Assembly (NCBI GenBank): GCA_965219995.1
Contig: CBDCOX010000002.1
Span: 4,544,001 to 4,608,000 of the forward strand
Length of the DNA: 64,000 bases
Direction of reading: 5' to 3'
Source: Candidatus Latescibacterota bacterium
GTDB taxonomy: Bacteria > Latescibacterota > UBA2968 > GCA-2709665
Shown here: in pieces, positions 37,174 through 47,842 of the stretch
How positions within the stretch are numbered: position 1 is the stretch's first letter
How the letters are laid out: each line of letters begins with the position of its first letter
Notes under the pieces: generated by a model
Told to the model about the DNA's origin: nothing
What the model saw: the letters and a program-made list of their open reading frames with translations, nothing else
Database searches by the model: none
Translations under genes and position numbers: made by a program

Positions 37174-37959
37174 GTGACGACCCTCGAGGCAATTCTACTC
37201 GGAGTGGTGCAGGGGCTGTCGGAATTCCTGCCGGTGAGCAGTTCGGGACATCTCGTCCTGGGACGAGCCCTGCTGGGCGTACAGTCGGGAGACCTGGTGT
37301 TCGAGGTGATCGTCCACTTCGGCACATTGCTCGCCGTGTTTGCGGTTCTCGGCGGTCGGATCCGGGGGCTGGCATCCGGCTGCATCCGGCGGGAAGCGGC
37401 GTCCCTGCGAATGCTGCAGCTGTTGCTGGTCGGCACGGTTCCCGCGGGGGTAGCAGGGTTCTTTTTCGAGGACTATGTCGCACTTGCGTTCGGCAGCCCT
37501 GCCGCGGCGGCTGGATGCCTTGTCGCAACGGGCATCGTGTTGTGGAGCACGCGATTCGTCACGGGAAGACGGAGTGAAATCGGATTTGCCGACGCGCTGC
37601 TGATCGGGCTTGCGCAGGCGCTGGCGATACTGCCCGGGATTTCGCGCTCCGGTCTGACAATCAGCGCGGGCATATGGCGTGGCGTTGACGGCAGGGAGGC
37701 GGCGACTTTTTCGTTTCTGCTGTCGATTCCGGTGATCCTTGGCGCAACCGCGTTGAAGGCCGGCGACCTGATTGCTCATCCGCCGGACTGGAACGTCGTT
37801 GGGCCGCTGGTGGCGGGTCTGGCTGCGGCTTTCGCTTCCGGTGTGTTTGCGATCCGGTGGTTGTTTGCCGTGCTGAGGGGCAGCCGCCTGGACCGGTTTT
37901 CGTATTATTGCTGGGCGATCGGTTTCGTAGCGCTGGCGGTCTTCCGGCTGCATTCGTGA
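37174..37959 (+). CDS. uppP: Undecaprenyl-diphosphate phosphatase
   Basis: GVVQGLSEFLPVSSSGHL, HFGT, PGISRSGLTI, FSFLLSIP. Confidence 0.96.
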   Translation: MTTLEAILLGVVQGLSEFLPVSSSGHLVLGRALLGVQSGDLVFEVIVHFGTLLAVFAVLGGRIRGLASGCIRREAASLRMLQLLLVGTVPAGVAGFFFEDYVALAFGSPAAAAGCLVATGIVLWSTRFVTGRRSEIGFADALLIGLAQALAILPGISRSGLTISAGIWRGVDGREAATFSFLLSIPVILGATALKAGDLIAHPPDWNVVGPLVAGLAAAFASGVFAIRWLFAVLRGSRLDRFSYYCWAIGFVALAVFRLHS

Positions 37960-37970
37960 AGGGACTCCTA

Positions 37971-38366
37971 ATGCGCATTGCAATTTGTCTCACTGCCCTG
38001 GCCGTGATACTGGGGTGTGGAAGGAATTCAAAAGCCCTGGACGCCGAAGAGCTGTCGAATTTGCTCTCCATAACGAATCTGTCCGCGCGGCCGGTGCTCA
38101 ATCAGGACGATCCGCCCCTGATTATCGCGGTGCGTATCGACGCGGACGTGGTCCACGTTGGAGACGTTCCGATCGAAGCGCCCTTTGTCCTGACCTGGCG
38201 TCTGGTGGACGATCAGAACGACACCGTGGGGGAGGCTTCGAAACGACTGGAAGGAAATATGGCGCCCGGCGCCGTCCGGCCCGTCACGCTGACGATTGAA
38301 TTTGAGGCCCGAGAGACTGTCGCCGGGCTGCGGAACGTGGCGACGTTCGATCCGGTTTCATCGTAA
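37971..38366 (+). CDS. Small lipoprotein
   Basis: MRIAICLTALAVILGC lipobox followed by a beta-rich domain. Confidence 0.7.
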   Translation: MRIAICLTALAVILGCGRNSKALDAEELSNLLSITNLSARPVLNQDDPPLIIAVRIDADVVHVGDVPIEAPFVLTWRLVDDQNDTVGEASKRLEGNMAPGAVRPVTLTIEFEARETVAGLRNVATFDPVSS

Positions 38367-38481
38367 CCCAGAATTGCCTTGATTGCCTGCCTGGAATGTC
38401 GTATTTTCCGGTCCGAACTTTTGTTCGGGGACTTCCAATCCGGCATCGCTGCCGGGCTTTTTTTCGCCCGGAAAGGAGCAA

Positions 38482-39225
38482 ATGGAACTCTATATAATCC
38501 GGCATGGTCAGTCGGCGAACAATGCGATGGCCGAAGGAGGTCGGCGGGTTAGCGATCCGCCGCTGACCGATATCGGCGAGGCCCAGGCCGACCGGCTCGC
38601 ACGGTACCTGGCCGCGTCCGGAGACGGCGTTCAGGAAGTCCACGCCGCCGGCATGCAGCAGAATTGCGCGGGGTTCGAGTTCGACCGGATTTTCTCGAGT
38701 CCAATGTTGCGCGCGATGCAGACAGCGGCGCCGGTCGGGCGTGCGCTGGGAGTCCGGCCCGAAATCTGGATCGACATTCATGAAGAGGGCGGGGTCTGGC
38801 TGGACGAGGGCGATGGACGGGGCGAGGTGGGGTATCCTGGACTCACCCGCAGTGAAGTCGCCGCGCGGTTCCCGGAATTTGCAGTTCCCGAAGCGATCAC
38901 GGAAGAAGGCTGGTGGAACCGTCCGCCGGAGATCAAGGCGGAGTGGCGCGCGCGGGCGAGGAGGGTGGCTTCGGTACTGCACGAACGATTCGCGGGCGCC
39001 GGAAGCCAGATCGCGCTGGTGTGCCACGGGGGTTTCGCCAACGACCTGCTCCATGCCGTGTTCGCCGGAATGCCGGACGGCGTCTATTTCGAAAACCCGA
39101 ATACGGCCGTCAGCCGGCTGGATTTCAATGGCAGGGGATGGGTGCAGGTCCGGTATCTGAGCCGCGTCGCCCACCTCCCATCGGAACTGATCACCCCAAT
39201 CGTCGGACGAGGGCGCGCAACCTGA
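38482..39225 (+). CDS. Histidine phosphatase family protein
   Basis: LYIIRHGQS..N, SSPMLRAMQTA, VCHGG, NTAVS; AAGGAG RBS. Confidence 0.92.
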   Translation: MELYIIRHGQSANNAMAEGGRRVSDPPLTDIGEAQADRLARYLAASGDGVQEVHAAGMQQNCAGFEFDRIFSSPMLRAMQTAAPVGRALGVRPEIWIDIHEEGGVWLDEGDGRGEVGYPGLTRSEVAARFPEFAVPEAITEEGWWNRPPEIKAEWRARARRVASVLHERFAGAGSQIALVCHGGFANDLLHAVFAGMPDGVYFENPNTAVSRLDFNGRGWVQVRYLSRVAHLPSELITPIVGRGRAT

Positions 39226-39311
39226 ACGTTAAATTCAGGTTGACCACGAGAATCAATCGAAGACTCCCGCGGTAAGCCACCCATCTTCCTTTTCCATCGA
39301 GGTGTCTCAAT

Positions 39312-40319
39312 ATGGCAAGACCCGAAGTGATTCTATCCGGTTTTGCGGATGAAGGCCCCGTGAGCAAGCGGGCCGAAGAGCAGTTGACGATGATGTCCGC
39401 CCTCGGGCTCTCCTATTACACGATCCGGTTTATCGATCTTGGCAACGGTGTGAAGAACGTCATGGAGCTGTCAGACGAGGAAGTGCATCGGCTCCAGGAT
39501 CTCCACAACGCGTATGGCATAGGGGTCTCGAGCGTCGGCTCTCCGCTGGGCAAGGTCAAGCTGGTGGACGAGGAAGACGGTACACAGAACCGGTACGTCC
39601 CGTTCCAAACCTATCTGCAGAATGACGTGCAACGGGCGATCGATCTGGCGCACGCCTTCAATACCAGACTGCTCCGGGGGTTCAGCTATTACCATCCCCA
39701 CGGGGAGGATCCCTGGCCGTACCTGGATCGGGCGGCGGACCAGCTGGGTCAGATTGTTGAAAGATGCGCGTCTGCAGGCGTGGTCTACGGCATGGAGGTG
39801 GAGGCGGACCTGATCGGCGGTGACGGGGACACGTTGATCGCACTGTTCGAGAAAGTCAACAGTCCCTACGTGTGCATCATTCCGGACGTGGGGAACATGG
39901 AATCCAGCGGTCACAGCCCGGACAGCGCGTACGAGCACTACGTCAAGATGAAGCCGGGTGTGGGCTGGATCCATATCAAGGGGTTCAACAACCCCTCGGA
40001 CCAGGCCATGCTTGATGCCGCCGGGGAGCGGGGACTGACCCGGTTCATCCCCGTGGACCGGGGCGATTCCGGCCACGAGCAGGTATTGCGCGACTTCCGG
40101 TCCCTGGTGCCGGAAATCCAGGAGCGCCTGTCGCCTCTGGGCGTACCGGGGGTTTTCGTGGACCTGGAGCCGCACGTCAAGGGCGGCGGCCAGTTTGGCG
40201 GCGTCAGCGGGGTGGACGGGTTCGGCGTGGCCTTCCGCAGCCTCTGCCGCCTCCTGGATTACCTGGAGTACGACTATCGTCTGACGGGCTACGAGGATAT
40301 CTCCAATCCCGCGTCGTAG
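39312..40319 (+). CDS. Sugar phosphate isomerase/epimerase family TIM barrel
   Basis: SGFADE, GSPLGK, MEVE, DVGN, IHIK, LEPH. Confidence 0.85.
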   Translation: MARPEVILSGFADEGPVSKRAEEQLTMMSALGLSYYTIRFIDLGNGVKNVMELSDEEVHRLQDLHNAYGIGVSSVGSPLGKVKLVDEEDGTQNRYVPFQTYLQNDVQRAIDLAHAFNTRLLRGFSYYHPHGEDPWPYLDRAADQLGQIVERCASAGVVYGMEVEADLIGGDGDTLIALFEKVNSPYVCIIPDVGNMESSGHSPDSAYEHYVKMKPGVGWIHIKGFNNPSDQAMLDAAGERGLTRFIPVDRGDSGHEQVLRDFRSLVPEIQERLSPLGVPGVFVDLEPHVKGGGQFGGVSGVDGFGVAFRSLCRLLDYLEYDYRLTGYEDISNPAS

Positions 40320-40396
40320 ACGTCAACGCGGCCGAATACCACCAGGGGTGCAGTTGACGCGCCCCTGTTCTTTTTGATTTCCAGGCCGAGGTCTCA

Positions 40397-42682
40397 GTGG
40401 CTGTTTCCGCCCATCCACCGGAATCCAACAAGGTTACCTTCGCCCGGAGTCTGGGCTGTTTCGACGCATCGATGATCGGAATCGGCGCGATGATCGGCGC
40501 GGGGATCTTCGTGCTGACCGGAATCGCCGCGGGCGAGGCGGGACCGGCGTCGATCCTGGCGTTTGCCCTCAACGGCCTGGTGACGTTGATGACGGCGTTC
40601 TGCTATGCCGAACTCGCCTCGGCGATTCCCGAGGCCGGCGGCGGATATTCCTTCGTCAAGAAAGCGTTTCCCGGGCCGGTGGGATTCCTGTCCGGATGGA
40701 TGCTCTGGTTCGCCTATACGGTGGCGTGCAGTCTCTACGCGTTGGGATTCGCCGGCTACTTCTGGGAGTTTTTTCACAAGTACATGCCGGACGTCAGCCA
40801 CGCCATTCAGGCGACCGCGGGCGTACAGCCTTCCGTTGCACTTGTGACGGTAATCGTCAGCAGCGTCTTCGTCTGGTTGAACGTCCGCGGCACGGAGGTA
40901 ACGGGCAAGGCGGAGAATGTGATTACCATCTCCAAGATTCTCGTGCTTCTGGTATTTGTCTGGTACGGACTGGCGCACATTTTCGCGGCCCCCGAACAGG
41001 CTGCGAAGAGTTTCTCCCCCTTCTTCCCGAAGGGACTGGGGGGCGTACTGGTGGCCATGGGACTTACGTTTATCGCCTTTGAAGGCTACGATCTGATCGC
41101 GACGGTTGCCGAAGAGATCAAACAGCCCGAAACCAATATCCCAAAGGCCACGTTCATTTCCCTGGGCGTGACCGTTGTGGTATATCTGCTGATCGTTTTT
41201 GTCTCACTGGGCGCGGTTCAACCGGAGGCGACGACGTCGTGGGAGTTTCTGGGCCAGTACCAGGAAACGGCGATTGTGAAAGCGGCGGACAGCTTCATGC
41301 CTGCGTTTGGCGTGGCAACCATCGTATTCGGCGGGCTTCTGTCCACCATGTCCGCACTGAACGCGACCGTGCTGGCCTCCAGCCGCGTGGCGTTCTCCAT
41401 GGGCAGGGACCGCTGGCTGCCGCCGGGCATGGCCAGTATTCATGCGGACAGGCGGACGCCGCACATTGCGATTCTGGTTACGGGCGCGATTCTGACGGGC
41501 ATCGCGCTGCTTCTGCCCATCCACGTTGTGGGGTCCGCGGCCAGCCTCATGTTTCTGCTCACGTTTACGCTCGTAAATCTGTCGCTGCTCGTGCTTCGAC
41601 GCCGGGCGCCGGAAATCACGCGCAGGTACAAAGTACCCCTCTTTCCCTGGCTGCCTCTGGTTGGGGCGGCTTCGAATATGCTTCTGGCGATTTACCAGTT
41701 TCGTTTCGATCCCATGGCCTGGTACGTTGCGCTGGGATGGATTGTGGTGGGGTTCTTCGCGTATACCGTCCATTTCCGGAAGGAGTCGGGTGAGGCCGAG
41801 CCTCACGTGCTGGATGCGCTGCCCCTGGAGACCGCCCGCGCGCCTTACAGGGTTTTGGTACCCGTGGCCAATCCGAATACCATCGAGTCGCTGCTGGATA
41901 TTTCCATTCCCATTGCAAAAGCGAAGAACGGCGATCTGATCGTCAGCACGACCGTGGAGGTGCCGATCCAGCTGCCCATCCAGGAAGGCATGAAATATAT
42001 CAACCACCGGATGCCACTGTTGCGCGCGGCTCAGGCCTATACGCAGAAGCAGGACCTGCGCATCGTGTCGGACATCAGGGTGGCGCACCGGGTGGACGAA
42101 GGGATTCTCTCGGCCGTATCGGATGAGCACGCGGATCTGCTGGTGGTCGGATGGAAGGGGTTTACCACCACGCGCGAGCGGATATTCGGCGAGGTGCTCG
42201 ACAGGGTGGTGAACCGGGCCACGGCCGACGTGGTGGTTGTCAAGCTGCAGGATCAGGCCAGGTTCGATCGCATTTTGCTGCCCACGGCGGGCGGGCCGCA
42301 CACACGGTTCGCCGTTGAGCTGCTCGAACCGATCGTCGCGGCCTACGGTTCTCGTGTCACGGCCTGTTACGTCATCCCCGAAGGTGCGGACGCGGAGCGG
42401 GAAGAGGAGGCCATGGGATGGATGCGGCAGACGCTGCGGGACGCGAATCTGGGTGAGGTGGAGTGCCGCGCGATCCGGTCGCGGTCCGTACCGGCGGGCA
42501 TCGTGAGGGCGGGAGCGGATTTCGATCTGGTCGTGATGGGCGCGGCCAATACGGGTTTATTCCAGCAACTCCTGTTCGGTGAAGTGCCGGACCGGGTGGG
42601 ACGATACGCCAAGACTTCCGTAATGCTGGTCAGAAAGCGCGAAGGACGCGGGAAGGCCTGGCTGAGGCGATTGATGAGTTGA
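40397..42682 (+). CDS. APC amino acid permease with two C-terminal universal stress protein domains
   Basis: GAMIGAGIF, YAELASAIPEAGGGY, FIAFEGY, EEIKQP; USP-like RVLVPVANP and RILLPTAGGP. Confidence 0.9.
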   Translation: MAVSAHPPESNKVTFARSLGCFDASMIGIGAMIGAGIFVLTGIAAGEAGPASILAFALNGLVTLMTAFCYAELASAIPEAGGGYSFVKKAFPGPVGFLSGWMLWFAYTVACSLYALGFAGYFWEFFHKYMPDVSHAIQATAGVQPSVALVTVIVSSVFVWLNVRGTEVTGKAENVITISKILVLLVFVWYGLAHIFAAPEQAAKSFSPFFPKGLGGVLVAMGLTFIAFEGYDLIATVAEEIKQPETNIPKATFISLGVTVVVYLLIVFVSLGAVQPEATTSWEFLGQYQETAIVKAADSFMPAFGVATIVFGGLLSTMSALNATVLASSRVAFSMGRDRWLPPGMASIHADRRTPHIAILVTGAILTGIALLLPIHVVGSAASLMFLLTFTLVNLSLLVLRRRAPEITRRYKVPLFPWLPLVGAASNMLLAIYQFRFDPMAWYVALGWIVVGFFAYTVHFRKESGEAEPHVLDALPLETARAPYRVLVPVANPNTIESLLDISIPIAKAKNGDLIVSTTVEVPIQLPIQEGMKYINHRMPLLRAAQAYTQKQDLRIVSDIRVAHRVDEGILSAVSDEHADLLVVGWKGFTTTRERIFGEVLDRVVNRATADVVVVKLQDQARFDRILLPTAGGPHTRFAVELLEPIVAAYGSRVTACYVIPEGADAEREEEAMGWMRQTLRDANLGEVECRAIRSRSVPAGIVRAGADFDLVVMGAANTGLFQQLLFGEVPDRVGRYAKTSVMLVRKREGRGKAWLRRLMS

Positions 42683-42693
42683 GGGGAGTAACC

Positions 42694-43989
42694 ATGTTGA
42701 ACGGAGGCGCAGTCACCCTGGACATTACGCCGCCGCTGGGGACGTTGATTCCGGGCCTGTTCCACGAACGCAGGGCGGAGGCGGTTCACGATCCGCTGCA
42801 CGTGCGCAGTTTCGTGCTGGAACAGAACGGCGCCGGAATTGCCATTGTCGTCTGCGATCTGGTCGGCGTCGCCCGGGCATACCTGGACCGGGCGAAGGCG
42901 CGGATCGCCGAAACCGCCGGGCTGACGCCCGAGCGGGTGCTGATCTGCTGTACACATACCCACTCCGGCGCCCAGACGGGCGATGACGCGTATACGGAAT
43001 TCCTGCTGGAGCGGATTGCCGATTCCGTACGCTTGGCGTGGCGCGCGCGCGAGGCGGTGTCGGTGGGCTGGGGACGCGCGGAAGAGGGCCGGCCGGTATT
43101 CAACCGGCGTTTTCACATGGCCGACGGAACGGTGCGGACCAACCCCGGGCTCCGCAATCCGGACGTGCTGAAGCCCGCCGGGCCGGTGGACCCCGAGGTG
43201 GGTGTACTCTGCATTCAGAAGCCGGATGGAAAGCCCGTGGGACTGTTGTGCAACTATGCGCTGCATTACGTGGGCGGTGGAGACCACGAGCGGGAGATTT
43301 CCGCGGATTATTTCGGGTATTTTTCGGGTCTCATCCAGCGGATGCGTGGACAACGGTTTACCGCGGCGTTATCCAACGGCGCTTCCGGCGACATCAACAA
43401 CCACGACGTCATCGGAGGAAGCCGGTGTGCGAACGACCGGCACCAGCATTCGGAGCGCGTCGCCGCACTGGTGGCTGCCCACGCCTTCTGGGCGTGGAAT
43501 GAAATGGACTTCGCCGGCGACCTGACGCTCGGCGCTGAAATGGTCGAGGTCGTCCTGCAGCGGAAAGCCGGACCTTCGCCGGCGGATATCGCCCGTGCCC
43601 GTGAAATCGACGAAAAGGGCGGGGGCACCATGGCGGAGCGGGCATACGCACGGCGGATTCTGCGCCGGATGGCGGACGTGCCCGAGGAGACGCGAACCTG
43701 GGTGCAGGCGTTGCGGATCGGAGACCTCGCCCTCGTGGCCGTGCCGGGTGAATTGCTGGTAAGGCTCGGGCTGGAAATCAAGAAACGGTCCCCGTTCGGG
43801 CAGACGATGGTGCTGGAACTGGCGAACGACAGCGTGGGATATCTGCCCGATGAGCAGGCCTTTCGGGAAGGCGGGTACGAACCCGAAGCGGCCCTGTTTG
43901 CGTCGGGTTCTGGCGAAAAGATCGTGGATGCGGCCGTTGATCTGCTGGACCGATTGCATCGCGCGCATGCACCGGACCGGGAACTATAA
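42694..43989 (+). CDS. Neutral/alkaline ceramidase-like amidohydrolase
   Basis: DITPPLG, VHDPL, THTHSG, NYALHY, ISADY, NGASGDIN, VPGE, GGYE. Confidence 0.87.
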   Translation: MLNGGAVTLDITPPLGTLIPGLFHERRAEAVHDPLHVRSFVLEQNGAGIAIVVCDLVGVARAYLDRAKARIAETAGLTPERVLICCTHTHSGAQTGDDAYTEFLLERIADSVRLAWRAREAVSVGWGRAEEGRPVFNRRFHMADGTVRTNPGLRNPDVLKPAGPVDPEVGVLCIQKPDGKPVGLLCNYALHYVGGGDHEREISADYFGYFSGLIQRMRGQRFTAALSNGASGDINNHDVIGGSRCANDRHQHSERVAALVAAHAFWAWNEMDFAGDLTLGAEMVEVVLQRKAGPSPADIARAREIDEKGGGTMAERAYARRILRRMADVPEETRTWVQALRIGDLALVAVPGELLVRLGLEIKKRSPFGQTMVLELANDSVGYLPDEQAFREGGYEPEAALFASGSGEKIVDAAVDLLDRLHRAHAPDREL

Positions 43990-44029
43990 AGAAACGGCCC
44001 TGCCGGGACAGAACACGAAAGGAGGAGAT

Positions 44030-45073
44030 ATGTCGGACACGGTACGCATTGGAGTGATCGGCGCCGGCGGCATTTTCCGGAGCCGTCACTTCCCGGGGCT
44101 GGCGAAGATCGGAAACGCGGAAGTGGTTGCCATCTGCAACCGGAGCGAGGAGAGCGCGGGGGCGATCGCGCGCGAGTTCGGCCTTTCGCCGAGATTGATG
44201 GCCGATCCGTACGCGTTGATCGGAAGCGAGGACGTGGACGCCGTGATGATCGGCACCTGGCCGTACAGGCACTGCGAATACGTGCTGGCGTCCCTGGACG
44301 CCGGAAAGCACGTCTTCGTACAGGCGCGGATGGCGATGAACCTGCGGGAGGCAAAGGCCATGTACGCCAGGGCGCTGGAAACCGGCCTTGTCACGCAGAT
44401 CTGTCCCTCACCGATGGCGATGAAAGGCGACTGGTTCATCCAGCGGCTGATCCGCGAGGGGTACCTGGGCGACGTCTACCATGTCTATACCCGATCGTTC
44501 AGCGGCGACAATTGCGATCCCGAACAACCTCTGCACTGGCGGCAGATCGACCGGTATTCCGGATTGAACGCGCTGAACATGGGCATCCTGGTGGAAATCG
44601 TGCAGCGCTGGGCAGGCCGGATGAAGACGATATCGGCGCACGCGGAGACGTTCATCAAGGTGCGCCCGCTGGCCGGCGGCCAGGGGACGGGACCGGTGGA
44701 GCGCCCCGATACCGTGCATATCATGGGACAGATGGAAAACGGCGCGCAGGCCGCGTTTCTGTTTTCCTCCGTGGCGCGGTTCGGCGTGGATCCGCAGGTG
44801 GAACTGTACGGCAGCGACGGGACCCTGATCTACAAACTTGACAACGACACCATTCTGGGCGGGCGGGCCGGAGAAAGCGGTCTTTCGGAGATTCCCATAC
44901 CGGATGACGAAGTCCGCGAGTGGACCGTGGAGCAGGATTTCGTGAACGCGATCCAGGGCGGCTCTCCCGGGGATACCACCTTCGAGGCGGGCGTAAACTA
45001 TATGGCGTTTACTGAAGCGGTGTTCAGATCCGCGGAACGGGGCGGCGTGGTGCATCTGCCCCTGGTGGATTGA
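44030..45073 (+). CDS. Gfo/Idh/MocA oxidoreductase
   Basis: IGVIGAGG, DVDAVMIGTWP..H, AGKHVFVQARMA; GGAGG RBS. Confidence 0.9.
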   Translation: MSDTVRIGVIGAGGIFRSRHFPGLAKIGNAEVVAICNRSEESAGAIAREFGLSPRLMADPYALIGSEDVDAVMIGTWPYRHCEYVLASLDAGKHVFVQARMAMNLREAKAMYARALETGLVTQICPSPMAMKGDWFIQRLIREGYLGDVYHVYTRSFSGDNCDPEQPLHWRQIDRYSGLNALNMGILVEIVQRWAGRMKTISAHAETFIKVRPLAGGQGTGPVERPDTVHIMGQMENGAQAAFLFSSVARFGVDPQVELYGSDGTLIYKLDNDTILGGRAGESGLSEIPIPDDEVREWTVEQDFVNAIQGGSPGDTTFEAGVNYMAFTEAVFRSAERGGVVHLPLVD

Positions 45074-45099
45074 ACGCACATTCCGAAAGGGTCGGTTTC

Positions 45100-46116
45100 G
45101 TGGCAGGGGAATATCGAATCGCGGTGGCGGGCACGGGGTATATCGGCCTGGAACATATCAAGGCGATTGCCGCGCATCCTGGGGCGAAATTGCGCGCGAT
45201 CTGCGGATCGGAGCGCAGCGCGGGTCAGTTGAAGGATATGAAGGCCGAGTACGGCGCCGACGTGGTGACAACGGACTACGGGGAGATTGTTTCGGACGAT
45301 GCGGTCGACGTGGTCTATCTCTGCACGCCCAACCGGCTGCACGCCGATGAGGCCGTTGCCGCGCTGGAGGCCGGCAAGCACGTGTTCTGCGAAAAGCCCA
45401 TGGCGACCACGCTGCAGGATTGCCGGCGCATGGTTGACGCGGTAGAAAGTTCTGGCCGGCGGCTGATGGTGGGCCACGGCGCGCGTTTCAGGCAGCTGCA
45501 CCGCGCCGTCAAGGACCTGTTCGATTCGGGCAAGCTGGGCGAGGCCTGTTTCTGCGAGTCGGACTACGTCCATTCGCTGGGGCCGTTTCTTCAGGGTCCG
45601 GGTCACCAGTGGTGGCGCCACCCGGAAGAAGGTCAGTTCGCGGTGATAGGCGGGGCGTGCCATCCGCTGGACCTGATGCGATGGATCGTGGGGGAACTGG
45701 AAGAGGTGTCGGCCTATGGCGTCACGAAGGTCCTGCACGACGTGGACTGGCACGATACGGTGATCGCCACATTGAAGTTCAGGAACGGTGCGGTCGGCAA
45801 GTGCCTGGTGTCCGTGGGTGCGCCACGTCCGTATTCGATGACGTTCAATCTGTATGGCACCGAGGGTACGGTGGAAGAGAACCGGCTCTATCTGAGAGAA
45901 TTCGGAGAGATCGAGGCGTTCGCGGAGATCCCGTTTCCGGTGCTGGGCGAAGTGCACGCCTGTCCCGAGGAACTGTCGCATTTTCTGCGCTGCCTGGATA
46001 CGGGCGAGGCGCCGATGATCGACGTGCGGGACGGCGCGCGGACGATGGCGGCGTGTTTCGCGGTGGCGAAATCGATGGAAACCGGCCGGCCCGCGAGGGT
46101 GGTGACGGAATTCTGA
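45100..46116 (+). CDS. Gfo/Idh/MocA oxidoreductase
   Basis: GTGYIG, CTPNRLH, AGKHVFCEKPM, ACHPLD; start uncertain (45070 or 45100). Confidence 0.92.
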   Translation: MAGEYRIAVAGTGYIGLEHIKAIAAHPGAKLRAICGSERSAGQLKDMKAEYGADVVTTDYGEIVSDDAVDVVYLCTPNRLHADEAVAALEAGKHVFCEKPMATTLQDCRRMVDAVESSGRRLMVGHGARFRQLHRAVKDLFDSGKLGEACFCESDYVHSLGPFLQGPGHQWWRHPEEGQFAVIGGACHPLDLMRWIVGELEEVSAYGVTKVLHDVDWHDTVIATLKFRNGAVGKCLVSVGAPRPYSMTFNLYGTEGTVEENRLYLREFGEIEAFAEIPFPVLGEVHACPEELSHFLRCLDTGEAPMIDVRDGARTMAACFAVAKSMETGRPARVVTEF

Positions 46117-46140
46117 GAGGATGGCGGAGGGGTCTGCAGA

Positions 46141-46989
46141 ATGGGTGACGTACGGCTGGTGGCTTTCGACCTGGACGGTACGCTGCTCGACGACCGGGGG
46201 CGGATGTCAGATGCGTCGGTCGAGGCGCTGCGGCGGCTGGCACGGGCCGGCATCGCGCTTGCGTCGATCAGCGGCCGGAACGTGGGAAAGAGCCTGGCGC
46301 CGTTTTCGCACGACCTGAGAGCGGCGCTGCATGTGGGCAGCTACAATGGCGCGATGGTGATGGGAACGGGCGCGGACGGCGAGCGGCCGCTGCTGCACGA
46401 ACAGCGACTGCCGCGGGACGGCCTTCCCGATCTGCTGGAATTTATCGACGACAGCCGGGTGAACTTCATCTATTGCCGGTGCGAGGCGGATGGCGGCGGT
46501 CTCAACGAGGCCTATCTGACGGACGAGGAAACCGTGTGCATCCGCAATCTGGTGCGGATGACCGGAGTAAATATCGTGCTTGAAGCGGATCTGCTGGCCA
46601 GGGCGCGCGACTTCGTTCCGCCGCCAAAGATGATCCTGCTGCCGGGTCCCGCCCGAAGGGAAGCTCTGTTCGAGCGGATGCGGGCGGCGTTCGGACGCCG
46701 GTTCTACCTCGCCCGCACGGGTGACGACCGGATTGAAGTCATGCACACGGAGGTGAACAAGGCGGTGGCTTTGCGGAAGCTCTGCGAGGCCTGCGATGTC
46801 TCACCTTCGCAGGCCATGGCGATTGGCGACGGGGACAATGATCTGCCGATGCTGAGGGAGGCGGGCATTGGCGTGCTGATGGGAAACGCGGACGGACTGA
46901 CCCGGAAATCAGCGGATTCCGCGGGCGTGCGGATGGCCGAGTCGCTTGCGGAAAACGGGTTTTCAAAAGCCGTCGCGAGGTACGTGTAG
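46141..46989 (+). CDS. Cof-type HAD-IIB hydrolase
   Basis: FDLDGTLL, SGR, NGA, VNKA.AL, GDGDNDLPML. Confidence 0.92.
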   Translation: MGDVRLVAFDLDGTLLDDRGRMSDASVEALRRLARAGIALASISGRNVGKSLAPFSHDLRAALHVGSYNGAMVMGTGADGERPLLHEQRLPRDGLPDLLEFIDDSRVNFIYCRCEADGGGLNEAYLTDEETVCIRNLVRMTGVNIVLEADLLARARDFVPPPKMILLPGPARREALFERMRAAFGRRFYLARTGDDRIEVMHTEVNKAVALRKLCEACDVSPSQAMAIGDGDNDLPMLREAGIGVLMGNADGLTRKSADSAGVRMAESLAENGFSKAVARYV

Positions 46990-47008
46990 GGGACCACACA
47001 ACCGCGTT

Positions 47009-47776
47009 CTATTCAAGGCGGCTTCCCGATTCCTCCGCGATCTGCGCGTGAAGGTCCGCGCTGCTGGACAGTATGTGTTCCTCCATGGCCTGCTGCGCGG
47101 CGTCGGCGTCGCCTTTCCGGAGGGCGCGCAGGACTCTCCCGTGCTCGTCCAGGGACATCCGGGCCCGCTCCTCCACCGTGTGGGTTGCGGGATCTGCAAG
47201 GCTGGCCTTGATCCACTGCTGAAGGTAGTTGCGTATCATGACGAGGAGGTTGCGGAGGATCGAATTCTGGGTAGCCCGGGCAATGGCCAGGTGGAACTGA
47301 ACGTCGAATTCCAGGAATTCACCGGGTTGATCGAGAGATGCTTCGATTCCCCGGATTGTCCGGTCGAGTTCCCGGAGATCGGCCTCCGTGGCGCGCGACG
47401 CGGCGAGGAAGGCGTTCCGCGTCTCCAGCATCAGCCGGGTTTCGACGAGATCCTTGACTTCCTTCGGATCCAGCAGCAGTCCCCAACTCAGGGATTTCTC
47501 CAGGTAACGGCCGGTGTCGTCGCTAACGAACGTGCCTTCTCCGACACGGCTTTCCAGGATGCCCATCACGGAGAGCGAGCGGAGCGCTTCCCTGAGAGAG
47601 GTGCGACCGACCTCGAACTGTTTGCACAGGCTTCGTTCGGGCGGCAGCCGATCGCCCGGTTTCAGCACGTCCCGGGAGATGAGGTCGATGATCTGGGAGA
47701 CGATTTCGTCGCTCAGGGACGTCCGTTTGACGGGTGTCATCTGCTCGATGGCCGGGGGAGGGCGTTTCAGGTTCAC
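47009..47776 (-). CDS. FadR/GntR family transcriptional regulator
   Basis: LKPGDRLPPER.L...FEVGRTSLREAL...GEGTFV wHTH; FCD domain FD.QFH, EH; start 47776 (GTG) or 47740. Confidence 0.93.
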   Translation of the reverse strand: MNLKRPPPAIEQMTPVKRTSLSDEIVSQIIDLISRDVLKPGDRLPPERSLCKQFEVGRTSLREALRSLSVMGILESRVGEGTFVSDDTGRYLEKSLSWGLLLDPKEVKDLVETRLMLETRNAFLAASRATEADLRELDRTIRGIEASLDQPGEFLEFDVQFHLAIARATQNSILRNLLVMIRNYLQQWIKASLADPATHTVEERARMSLDEHGRVLRALRKGDADAAQQAMEEHILSSSADLHAQIAEESGSRLE

Positions 47777-47825
47777 GCGAGATTTCCCTTTACAAAGCTG
47801 TGATTTTGGGTTAATCTTATATTTC

Positions 47826-47842
47826 AAATTGGTCTGACCATC
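47826..47842. promoter_or_regulatory. FadR-family operator (LldR/PdhR-like box)
   Basis: AAATTGGTCTGACCATC with palindrome TGGTC-T-GACCA in the divergent intergenic region. Confidence 0.72.
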
